From positions 322,172-386,171 of the forward strand of contig OY970358.1 of NCBI GenBank assembly GCA_963718575.1: a stretch of DNA of 64,000 bases, written 5' to 3'. This document shows positions 9,310-18,112 of this stretch, one piece after another (position 1 is the first letter of the stretch; every line of letters starts with the position of its first letter). The position numbers and the translations under genes are program-made. The DNA comes from an uncultured bacterium. GTDB lineage: Bacteria; Patescibacteriota; Minisyncoccia; UBA6257; 2-01-FULL-56-20. The notes beneath the pieces are model-generated. The model was given only the letters and a program-made list of their open reading frames with translations, was not told where the DNA came from and searched no databases.

Positions 9310-10392
9310 GTGATAAAATACGTCTATATGGAAATCGCGCTTCTCATCATCATAGCCATCCTCTTTGCCGCGATTGCGTGGCGGCTTTGGCGGCCGCAAG
9401 CGCCAGTGGAAAAGAAAGAAGACCCACAGTCGTTGCTGCTCCTCCAAAACCAGATCGCGGAGCTGAACCGAACAATCGAGGCCAAGCTCGGCGAGTCGGC
9501 AAAGGCCATCAATGATTCCACGAGCAAGGCGTTCACACAGGCCACGGAGAGCACGCGCCTCATTCGCGAGATCACGCAGGAGCTCGCAAAGGTGGGCGAG
9601 GGCCAGCGCCAGGTGGTGAGCATCGCGGACAATCTTAAGAATCTGCAGGATATTTTAAAGAATCCGAAACAGCGCGGCGTGCTCGGCGAATATTATTTGG
9701 AAACGGTTTTGAAAAATGTGCTTCCGCCGAACGCGTACCAGATGCAGTACCCTTTTAAGGATGGCACGATCGTGGACGCGGCCGTGATCACGAAAGACGG
9801 CATCATCCCGGTGGACTCAAAGTTCTCGCTTGAAAACTATAACCGCATTCTCGAATCGTCCGACAAGACCGAGCGCGAGCGCTTTGAAAACGCATTTGCA
9901 AACGACCTCAAGATCCGCATCGACGAGACATCGAAATATATAAAGCCGGAGGAAGGCACGCTCGGCTTTGCGTTCATGTTCATCCCGTCCGAGGCAGTCT
10001 ACTACGATCTGCTCGTCAACAAAGTCGGTGCCCTCAAGTCGAACAATGTCAACCTCATCGAATACGCGAGCGGCAAGAAGAAAGTGATCATCGTCTCCCC
10101 CACCACCTTCCACGCCTACCTGCTCACCGTTTTGCAGGGGCTCAAAGCCCTGCGCATCGAAGAGAGCGCCAAGAAGATCGGCGAGCGCGTGGGCGAACTC
10201 GGCAAACACTTGTTGAGCTACGAAGAATATTTTGGCAAAGTCGGCAAGAACCTGACGACCACCGTCTCCGCCTATAACTCCGCCGGCCGCGAATTTGGGA
10301 AGATCAATAAAGATATTTTGCGCATCACGGGCGAACAGCTTGAGCTCGAATCGCCGATTGTGGAGAAACCGGAGGAGATAGGAGGAGAATAG
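9310..10392 (+). CDS. rmuC: DNA recombination protein RmuC
   Basis: N-terminal TM helix plus coiled coil. RmuC-family core ...GFAFMFIPSEAVYYDLL...VIIVSPTTFHAYLLTV. Confidence 0.8.
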   Translation: MIKYVYMEIALLIIIAILFAAIAWRLWRPQAPVEKKEDPQSLLLLQNQIAELNRTIEAKLGESAKAINDSTSKAFTQATESTRLIREITQELAKVGEGQRQVVSIADNLKNLQDILKNPKQRGVLGEYYLETVLKNVLPPNAYQMQYPFKDGTIVDAAVITKDGIIPVDSKFSLENYNRILESSDKTERERFENAFANDLKIRIDETSKYIKPEEGTLGFAFMFIPSEAVYYDLLVNKVGALKSNNVNLIEYASGKKKVIIVSPTTFHAYLLTVLQGLKALRIEESAKKIGERVGELGKHLLSYEEYFGKVGKNLTTTVSAYNSAGREFGKINKDILRITGEQLELESPIVEKPEEIGGE

Positions 10393-10395
10393 ATT

Positions 10396-10782
10396 ATGAA
10401 TAGTCATTCGGTAAATATCATTCCCGAACAATATCGCAACGATTGGTCTCCCTATAAAACCGATAAATTTCTCATCCATTGCACAAAAAAAGAAAACTGG
10501 GATGAAATTCAAAAGACCGGCTTCATCGAGCCGCGGGATCCATCGCCACACCACTGGGCCGGCATGAAGGCGATATATTTTTTTAATGAAGATAATGCGC
10601 TATCTCCCGAAAATCTACAGAAGATGCAGGCGCATGAAGAAAAAAACCACGAAGGTCTCGTTCGTCTATATATAAAAACCCAAAACAAACTTTATAAATC
10701 AAACGAAGCGGGCAGAAGTTTTCACATTATGACGCTTGATCCGATTCCGCTCTCGGAAATTGTAAAATCAGAAAAAATCTAG
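10396..10782 (+). CDS. Hypothetical protein (128 aa), AT-richer than its surroundings
   Basis: ORF starts 4 nt after rmuC. No motifs recognised. Confidence 0.4.
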   Translation: MNSHSVNIIPEQYRNDWSPYKTDKFLIHCTKKENWDEIQKTGFIEPRDPSPHHWAGMKAIYFFNEDNALSPENLQKMQAHEEKNHEGLVRLYIKTQNKLYKSNEAGRSFHIMTLDPIPLSEIVKSEKI

Positions 10783-12122
10783 CGCTTCCTCCGTCGCAAA
10801 AACGCCGGAATGTCCCATGCGTCGCTTTCCTTTTCCTTGCCTGCCGGCTTATTGATAGGGGCGTTCGGCGGGGTTGGCATCTTTTCGAAAGCATTCGGCG
10901 CGAGGGATTTCTGGGCCATCATCTCGTCCGCCGATTCCTCGCCGCGGGCGTGGACGACGGGGTTCTTGGAGCTCGTGCCAGGCTCGCCGATGCGCATGGG
11001 TGTTGACTGCTTGTTCACGAGCGCTGTGCCGTTGCCACCCACCGAACCATCATTCCCTGGACGGCCGGTGCTGAACATCGAGGTGCCGCCCTGTCGGCCT
11101 TCGAAGTGCGTACCAAAGAGCGATCCCGGCTGGCTGCCGTTGAAGCCCGCGGCCACGATCGTCACTTTCAATTCGCCCGGTTTCATCGTCCTGTCGTAGT
11201 ACGCGCCGAAGATGATGCGCGCGCCCGGGTCGGCGGTCTGCGCGACGATCTTCGCCGCGTCGTTCACTTCCGTCATCTTAAGATCGCGGCTGCCGGTGAT
11301 GCCAAGCAACACCGCCTTCGCGCCTTCGGGGCTTGTCTCGAGTAATGGCGAATGGAGCGCGGCGTTGACCGCCTTCACTGCGCGGTCGGCGCCCGTTGCG
11401 CGACCGACGCCCACGATCGCGATCCCGGCGTCCTGCATGATATTTTTTACATCCGCGAAATCAACATTGATGATGCCCGGCATCGCAATGATCTCCACGA
11501 GCCCCTTCAACGCGTTGCGCAAGATCTCGTCGATCGCTTCGAACGCTTTGATGATCGGTGTGTCCTTGCTGATCACGGTAAAGATCCGATCGTTCGGCAC
11601 GATGATGATCGCGTCCACTTTGTCACGCAATTTTATGAGCGCTTCGTTTGCGATGCGCTCCCGCTGGCTGCCTTCGAAGGTGAACGGCCGGGTGACGACC
11701 GCGATCGTGAGTGCGCCGGACTGCTTTGCCGCCTCGGCGACGATCGGCGTCGCGCCGGAGCCGGTGCCGCCGCCAAGTCCTGCCGCGAGAAACACAAGAT
11801 CCGCGCCCTGCACCGCCTCGGAAATCTCAGAGCGATTCTCTTCCGCCGCCTGGCGGCCGAGATCCGGATTCATGCCGGTGCCGAGTCCCCGCGTCAAACT
11901 TTTTCCAATATATAACTTCGTCTTTACCTCGCATTCATCAAGATCCTGATGATCGGTGTTGATCGCGATGAAGTCCACGCCCCGCGTGAAATCCTTCGCC
12001 ATACGCGCAACCGCATTGCCGCCTCCGCCACCGATGCCGATCACTTTTACGTTCGCCGACAACGGTTGAAACTTTTCGCCCTGCTTCTTTGCGTGGTGCG
12101 CTTTGCGCTTAGTTTTTTTCAT
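10779..12122 (-). CDS. ftsZ: Cell division GTPase FtsZ
   Basis: Tubulin signature GGGTGSGATP. 447 aa with a long disordered C-terminal tail. Confidence 0.95.
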   Translation of the reverse strand: MKKTKRKAHHAKKQGEKFQPLSANVKVIGIGGGGGNAVARMAKDFTRGVDFIAINTDHQDLDECEVKTKLYIGKSLTRGLGTGMNPDLGRQAAEENRSEISEAVQGADLVFLAAGLGGGTGSGATPIVAEAAKQSGALTIAVVTRPFTFEGSQRERIANEALIKLRDKVDAIIIVPNDRIFTVISKDTPIIKAFEAIDEILRNALKGLVEIIAMPGIINVDFADVKNIMQDAGIAIVGVGRATGADRAVKAVNAALHSPLLETSPEGAKAVLLGITGSRDLKMTEVNDAAKIVAQTADPGARIIFGAYYDRTMKPGELKVTIVAAGFNGSQPGSLFGTHFEGRQGGTSMFSTGRPGNDGSVGGNGTALVNKQSTPMRIGEPGTSSKNPVVHARGEESADEMMAQKSLAPNAFEKMPTPPNAPINKPAGKEKESDAWDIPAFLRRRKR

Positions 12123-12193
12123 GGAGATTTAATGAATGTTTCTACTATATTAGCAGAAAACGAACGGGAATAATACTGCGTTAAAAGGGCTTT

Positions 12194-13441
12194 CTACGGG
12201 GCGAAATAGCGGAAGAACTTCTTGAGCCCGGCGCCGCTCGGGGCCTTATCCCCGCCCTTGCCTTCGCTGTCCATACCCCACAAAACAAGGCCAAACGCGC
12301 CCACGAACTCAGGGTCTTCAAGATACTCCTTGAATCCGCCGCCGCGGCCTTCCCACTCATCGGCCAATGTGAACCCGATCTGCGCGGCGAGCTTCATCTC
12401 CTGTTTGACGAGATCGGTCAGCCCGGGCAATTTCGCACCGCCGCCGACGAGCACCACCCCTCCCGGCAACTGTCCATATTTTTCCATCAGCTTCAGCTCG
12501 TTATTCACGAGATCGAAAATTTCCTCCAGCCGCGACTCCACGATTTCCGCGATGAACTTGCGCGAGACGGAACCCTTCGCGTCCTCCGCGAATTTTTTCA
12601 TATCCACCGATTCCTTCTGCGGCACTTCTTTTGAATATGCATATCCGTAATGGATCTTCACTTCCTCGGCCGCATCCACCGGCACCTTCAATCCGACGGC
12701 AAGGTCGTTCGAAATATTTCCCGCGCCGACCGGGAATTTGCAGACGCCGGTCAAACGATTTTCTTCGTATACGCAGAGTCCCGTCGTGCCGAAGCCGAGG
12801 TCGACGATCGCGGTGCCGAGGTCGCGCTGCCGCTTGGAAAGCGCCGCGCGCGCCGCAACGAGCGGACCGTACACAAGGCCGCTCACGTCGCCGCCGGAAA
12901 GTTCCACCGCGCGGATGAGCGTCTTGATGTGCGGCGAGAACGCGTCGATGATCAAACTTTGCACTTCAAGGCGGCTGCCGGAAAGTCCGAGCGGATCGAT
13001 GATGTCGCCGACGCCGTCCACCATGAATTCCTTCGTGAGCGTATGGATGATCGTCCGGTTCTGCGGAAGGTTCACCGCCTGGCTCGCGCGCACGGCGCGA
13101 TCCATATCGTCCTGCGCGATCTCCGCGTCGGCGCGCGAGACGGCGACGATGCCGCGCGACGCCTGGATCTTCGCCTGCGGCGTGCCGATGCTCACATAGA
13201 TATTGCGCAACGCCGCCTTGGAGATTTTCTTAACTTCCGACAACGCGCGATTGATCGCCTGCGATGCCTCGCCGAGATCGATGACAGCGCCTTTCCGGAT
13301 GCCGAACGACGGCTCCTCGCGCGCATACAGGATCGTCGGCTTCGAATTCCGACATTCCGCAACCACGATTTTGAGCGACGAGGTTCCCACGTCCAATCCC
13401 GTGATGAAATCCCCGCCTCCGCCAAGTCCCTTGAGCTTCAT
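12194..13441 (-). CDS. ftsA: Cell division protein FtsA (actin-like ATPase)
   Basis: ITGLDVGTSSLKIVVAE...VDLGFGTTGLCVYE. Sits upstream of ftsZ. Confidence 0.9.
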   Translation of the reverse strand: MKLKGLGGGGDFITGLDVGTSSLKIVVAECRNSKPTILYAREEPSFGIRKGAVIDLGEASQAINRALSEVKKISKAALRNIYVSIGTPQAKIQASRGIVAVSRADAEIAQDDMDRAVRASQAVNLPQNRTIIHTLTKEFMVDGVGDIIDPLGLSGSRLEVQSLIIDAFSPHIKTLIRAVELSGGDVSGLVYGPLVAARAALSKRQRDLGTAIVDLGFGTTGLCVYEENRLTGVCKFPVGAGNISNDLAVGLKVPVDAAEEVKIHYGYAYSKEVPQKESVDMKKFAEDAKGSVSRKFIAEIVESRLEEIFDLVNNELKLMEKYGQLPGGVVLVGGGAKLPGLTDLVKQEMKLAAQIGFTLADEWEGRGGGFKEYLEDPEFVGAFGLVLWGMDSEGKGGDKAPSGAGLKKFFRYFAP

Positions 13442-13711
13442 ATGCTCTCATTCTATCAAGAAAACTGGGCGAAAGGAACTGTGCGTTTCTCTTTAAGATA
13501 GTTTTAATTGGTCGTATGTTATGGTGGCAAGGCCAACGGCCGAAAGGGCCGGTGGTGAAACGGTATCATGGCGAGGTCGCCACTTGGCAGTTTGGGGTTC
13601 GACTCCACACCAGTCGACGTTGGCGCGAACCCGAACTTGACGCTCATAGAAATCCGAGTACTGTGGACATCAAGGTGGCGACCTGGCGTGGTGCCGTAAG
13701 CACCATCAAAC

Positions 13712-13745
13712 AAAAAACCGCTCTCTCGAGCGGTTTTTTGTTTTT
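13712..13745. terminator. Rho-independent terminator downstream of ybeY, bidirectional by sequence
   Basis: aaaaaaccgctc-tctc-gagcggttttttgttttt. Confidence 0.8.
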
Positions 13746-13747
13746 AC

Positions 13748-14122
13748 TTATTTCAACTTCTTCAAAATCTTCGCCTCCAACCCTTCCATGTTCGCGATGT
13801 CCGCCTTCTTTATATGATCATATCCAAGCAGATGCAACACGCCGTGCAAGAGCAGCGCTTTCGCCCGCTCCGGTGACTTCTTTAAAATATCGCGGTTCAA
13901 ATAGATCTCGCCGAGGTAACGCTTCTTTGTTTCCGGATGGGGAAAATGCGCGGGTTCGGGAAACGAGAGCACATTCGGCTCCGTCTTCTTCTTTATAAAT
14001 CGTGCCTTAAGCTTGGTGATGCTCTTATTGTCGAGCAAAATGATATCCATCGCTGCATCGCGGACACCAAGCGCCTTCAACATCTTCTGCGCCAACCGCG
14101 CAAGCTTAGCTTCGTTCCACAT
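13748..14122 (-). CDS. ybeY: rRNA maturation endoribonuclease YbeY
   Basis: HGVLHLLGYDH metal-binding motif. The internal Met start (MWNEAKL...) is chosen to avoid a 50-nt overlap with the upstream gene. Confidence 0.85.
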   Translation of the reverse strand: MWNEAKLARLAQKMLKALGVRDAAMDIILLDNKSITKLKARFIKKKTEPNVLSFPEPAHFPHPETKKRYLGEIYLNRDILKKSPERAKALLLHGVLHLLGYDHIKKADIANMEGLEAKILKKLK

Positions 14123-14570
14123 CGCGGATGACATCTCCCACCGTCTTCCCGTCAGCACGTCCCTTTGCCAGCTTCATCACTTCTTTCATAATAGAACTAA
14201 AATCGGTTGCGCCGTTTGATTTGGCTGCCGCGACCATCGCCACAATCTCCTCGCGCGAAAGTTCGGCGGGAAGATATTCATAGAGCACCTTGAGGTCGCC
14301 TTCCTCTTTTGCAACGAGGTCGTCGCGCTTGCCCTGCTTGAAAAGTTCGATCGAATCCTTGCGCTTCTTCGCCTCCTTTTGGAGGATCGTTATCACTTCT
14401 TCATCGCTCAACATCGCCTGCGGATCCTTGAGCGCTTTTTCCTTCTGCGCCGGATTCAACGACGCGAGCGTAAAGCGAAGCACCTCAAGGCGTGCTTTAT
14501 CACCGCTTTTCATCGCGGTCTTCATGTCGTCACTGATTTTTTTAAAAAGGGGCATTGTGGGAAATCCCAA
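14106..14570 (-). CDS. GatB/YqeY-domain protein
   Basis: MPLFKKISDDMKTAMKSGDKARLEVLRFTLASL... Typical YqeY N-terminus. Confidence 0.75.
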   Translation of the reverse strand: MGFPTMPLFKKISDDMKTAMKSGDKARLEVLRFTLASLNPAQKEKALKDPQAMLSDEEVITILQKEAKKRKDSIELFKQGKRDDLVAKEEGDLKVLYEYLPAELSREEIVAMVAAAKSNGATDFSSIMKEVMKLAKGRADGKTVGDVIRDVERS

Positions 14571-14581
14571 GCGATAGCTAT

Positions 14582-14797
14582 CTAGATAAGGCCGAGCTTC
14601 TTCTGACGCTCAACGTCGGCTTTCTTCTCCTCGCGATGGATCGCAGACGAGCGGCGCTTAATACGGCTGATCACGCGGGTGTGAAACTTGCGATGACGAA
14701 CCTCCTTGACGATGCCGCTCCGCTTCACTTTGCGCGTGAAGGTATACAAAAGCGACTGCGCCGATTCCCCCTCCTTTTTCCTTGCTTCTATTGCCAT
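14582..14797 (-). CDS. rpsU: 30S ribosomal protein S21
   Basis: MAIEARKKEGESAQSLLYTFTRKVKRSGIVKEVRHRKFHTRVISRIKRRSSAIHREEKKADVERQKKLGLI. Start is at the internal Met of the longer track ORF. Confidence 0.85.
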   Translation of the reverse strand: MAIEARKKEGESAQSLLYTFTRKVKRSGIVKEVRHRKFHTRVISRIKRRSSAIHREEKKADVERQKKLGLI

Positions 14798-15169
14798 AGG
14801 AGACAGTATATATGAGGAATGGCGGTTTTGCAAGATACTGGCAGCGAGGATGGCGCGCAGTGTCTTGCGAGTGCGACGTTCCGGTCTGCTGACCGGCCGC
14901 CTCGACTCTCGGCACCTTCGTGCCTCCGAGACGCCCCGCAAGACACTGTACGCCATCCTCGCTGCCCTGATTTCTACAAAACCAATGTTCCTTCTAATAG
15001 ACTTTACTAATGATTTTTCCTTTAGGCCAAAGGCAATCTTTGAGACGGTCGCGCTGTATTGGAGAGACCTCCTGTCTTCATATTACAAATTCACCATCAC
15101 TCGTTTAAAAATGTTAAATAAAGATTAAAAAGTTTTTGACTTCCTTTTTGCGCGACGTATGATTGTTGC

Positions 15170-15523
15170 ATGATAAAAACAAAAAACGACGATGCCGAAG
15201 TGATGACGAAAGGATGGTTCCGCGAAGCCATGCGTGAATCAATAGATGAATTTGCGAGGATCGTGAATAAAAGCTTTGTCGAGATGGAGTCGCGTATGGA
15301 TGCGCGTTTTGGAAAAATAGAATCCACTATGGCAACAAAAGAAGATATTCTTACGCTCACGCAGCGCATAGATAAACTGGAAAAATATGTCAATAATCGT
15401 TTTGACAGTATCTCGCGTGAATTAAAAGAAATCCGTAAAGAGATAAAAGCAATCGACGTCCGCGCCGATATATTCGAACTCCGATCTCGCGTAACCAAAC
15501 TAGAACAAAAAGCCGGTATGTAA
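15170..15523 (+). CDS. Hypothetical coiled-coil protein (117 aa)
   Basis: ORF with charged heptad-like repeats. No known motifs. Confidence 0.45.
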   Translation: MIKTKNDDAEVMTKGWFREAMRESIDEFARIVNKSFVEMESRMDARFGKIESTMATKEDILTLTQRIDKLEKYVNNRFDSISRELKEIRKEIKAIDVRADIFELRSRVTKLEQKAGM

Positions 15524-15549
15524 GTTACTCCTCCTCATCAATATCAGTT

Positions 15550-15632
15550 CGGCAGAAATAGAAATAAGGCATGCGTTTGAAGACCGCTGGATTAATGGTC
15601 TTCAAACGCATGCCTTATTTCTATTTCTGCCG
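15550..15632. repeat. 36-bp perfect inverted repeat with an 11-nt loop between convergent genes. Probable bidirectional terminator, but unusually long.
   Basis: cggcagaaatagaaataaggcatgcgtttgaagacc / gctggattaat / ggtcttcaaacgcatgccttatttctatttctgccg. The right arm overlaps the last 12 nt of hisS. Confidence 0.8.
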
Positions 15633-16936
15633 CTTCTTTATCTCCTCCACTAATTTCTCCAGCGGCACCGCTTCCTGCAATCCGTTTGTAAGGTCACGGA
15701 CAATAATGCTGTTCTCGTAGATTTCCTTTTGGCCAAGGATCAACGCAAGCGCGATCCCCTCGCGATCGGCAACTTTCAGCTGCGCCGCGAGCGATTCCTT
15801 GGAAAGCGATTCGGCGACCAAAAATCCGCGGCCGCGAAGGTCTTTCAATATGGCAAATGCTTTCTTCTTTGCCAGGTCGCCGGCGTGCGCGAGGAATACG
15901 CGTTTGCCGGATTTTCCGCTGATCGCGATCTCTTTTGCGCGCATGACGGCGATCAGCCGCTCCACGCCGCATGCGCCGCCGACGGCGGGCGTCAGGTGCC
16001 CCCCGATCGTTTCCATCAGATAGTCGTAGCGGCCGCCGGCGGGCAGCGCGCCGATCTGCGCCTCATTTCCCTCGGCATACATCTCGAACACCGTGCGGCT
16101 GTAGTAATCCAACCCGCGCACGAGGTGATGGTCAAGCTCATACGGGATATTCACCTCGTCCAGATATTCCAATACGGATTTAAAGTGCGCGCTGCACATC
16201 ACGCAAAGCTTATCGAGGAAGTTCGGCGCCTTATCTTTGAGCGCGACGCATTCGGGCTCTTTGCAATCAAGCAGCTTGAGCGGATTTGCCTTTAGCCGGC
16301 GCACACAATCCTCGCACAATTCGCTCTCATGATTCTTATAATAGCTGGTGAGTTGTTTCTTATAGATCGGGCGACAGATGCGGCACCCGATGGAATTGAT
16401 CTTTACGAGGGAGCCCTTGATCTTGAGCTCGTTCAACAGATCCCAAAAGAGCGCAATGATCTCCGCATCATAGATGGGATCGTTCACGCCGCCGAGCGTC
16501 TCAAAGTCGATCTGCGTGAACTGCCGCGCGCGGCCGAGCTGAGGACGCTCGTGCCGGAAGATCGGCCCCATCGCAAACAAGCTTTTGCGGCTGACCCGAG
16601 GCGCGAAAGCCCGTGCTGCATGTACGCGCGGGAAATCCCCGGCGTATATTCCGGCCGGAGCGCCAGAAAATCGCCGCCCTTCGTTTTTAGCGTATACATT
16701 TCCTTCTGCACCACATCGCTCTCCTCGCCGGACGTCTTATTATAGAGGTCGGCAAATTCCAGGACCGGCGGCTCGATCCGCGAAAATCCGTACGCGGAAG
16801 CAAGCGAATGCACAACATCTTCTATTTTTTCCCAATACGGCTCATCGGAAGGCAATACGTCATGCATCCCCTTTGCGGATTGAAAAGTGCGCACAACTTC
16901 CTTTGGCTTTTCTTTTTCCTGTTTAGGCGAAGGCAT
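15621..16936 (-). pseudogene. hisS: Histidyl-tRNA synthetase split by a single-nt frameshift into N-terminal (16484-16936) and C-terminal (15621-16580) ORFs
   Basis: N-terminal ORF carries GMHDVLP...KEMY. C-terminal ORF carries FAMGPIFRHERPQLGRARQF (motif 2). The frames switch near an A4 run around 16565-16590 (...MQHGLSRLGS | RKSLFAMGPIF...). Confidence 0.85.
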
Positions 16937-16944
16937 AGTGCTGA

Positions 16945-17542
16945 TTACGAAGAGGTTGATGAAGAGACCGCATTGTACTGCGGAGCGCTAAAGATCTGTA
17001 TCGCATTAAGGGGCCAGAGGCGGAATCGTACGAGGCCCACGATATTGCTTGCGGGCAACGGGCCCCAACTGCGCGAATCATAACTCACCGCGCGATTGTC
17101 CCCCATCATAAAATATGAACTTGACGATAAGTGTAATGTCTTCATTCCCCGCAGTGATCGTGCCCGCGGGCAAGTACGATTCGTTCAGCACAAACCCGTT
17201 GGGATTCTGCTTGTTGTAAATCGTGACGGTATTGTTATTGATGACCACACGCTCGCCCGGCAGACCGATGACACGCTTGATGAGATAGGTCGACACATCG
17301 CTCACATCATGGAAAACGACGACTTCGCCGCGCTCCGGAGGCCGGATGCGATAGGTCAGTTCATCGGTCAGCACATAATCGCCGTTCGAGAACGTCGGGA
17401 ACATGCTCGTGCCACTCACGAGGAACGGCTGAACAAGGAACGTCCGCACGATGAACACCGCCGCAACGGCAATGACCGCGATCTCGATGACCTCAAGCAG
17501 TGATGCAAGGAACTTTCTCATAATTTCGTAATGTGTACTCAT
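16945..17542 (-). pseudogene. lepB: Signal peptidase I split by a frameshift (N-terminal 17078-17542, C-terminal 16945-17145)
   Basis: N-terminal ORF has a TM helix and GTSMFPTF...IKRVIGLPGE. C-terminal ORF has YFMMGDNRAVSYDSRSWGPLP. The frame change lies near 17110-17125. Confidence 0.8.
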
Positions 17543-17572
17543 TATATAGAAGATGCAATATAATAATCAAGC

Positions 17573-18112
17573 ATGGACAAGACGCTCATTATTGGATTAG
17601 GGAACCCTGACCCGGCGCTCGAAGCGACTTACCACAACGTGGGGGCGCTTGCGGTGCAGTGGATCGCAGAACATGCGGCAGAAGACGCTGCCGATACGAC
17701 GGGCAAACCAACCTTTCGCGCTCATAAGGACAGCTTTGCATATATAAAGACCGGGTCATATATATTCGTCCGTCCGCTCACCTATATGAATGAGTCGGGC
17801 CGCGCGGTGCATGACGCAATGCGCGTCTTTGACGCAAAGCCGGAGGATATCATTGTCATCCATGACGACAGCGATATCCCCGTTGGCGAATTTAAACGCA
17901 CGACCGGCGGCGGCTCCGCAGGACACAACGGCATCAGGTCCGTCATCGATCATCTCCACACCCAAGACTTTGCGCGCATCCGCATCGGCATTCGCGCGCC
18001 GGACGAGGCGCATCGCAAAAAAGCCGGCGACTTCGTGCTATCCCCCATCACTCCCGCCGACAAAAAAGTCTTCGAGAACGTATTTGAAAAAATCTTCGCT
18101 TCCTTCTTCTAG
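17573..18112 (+). CDS. pth: Peptidyl-tRNA hydrolase
   Basis: LIIGLGNPDPALEATYHNVGALAV...HNGIRS. Confidence 0.9.
   Translation: MDKTLIIGLGNPDPALEATYHNVGALAVQWIAEHAAEDAADTTGKPTFRAHKDSFAYIKTGSYIFVRPLTYMNESGRAVHDAMRVFDAKPEDIIVIHDDSDIPVGEFKRTTGGGSAGHNGIRSVIDHLHTQDFARIRIGIRAPDEAHRKKAGDFVLSPITPADKKVFENVFEKIFASFF

Noticed and set aside
11212-13501. Long plus-strand ORFs (11212-11949, 11352-11915, 12650-13501 and others) antisense to ftsZ and ftsA
   Set aside because: They are typical spurious antisense ORFs in GC-rich coding DNA. Their composition is Arg/Ala/Pro-rich and low-complexity, and the opposite-strand genes have unmistakable FtsZ/FtsA signatures.
13519-13713. 64-aa minus-strand ORF, and a possible tRNA or tmRNA suggested by the GGTTCGACTCC T-loop-like element at about 13590
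   Set aside because: The ORF has non-protein-like composition and lies in an intergenic leader. The T-loop-like element lacks a complementary T-stem and acceptor stem, and there is no CCA. I could not build a tRNA or tmRNA fold.
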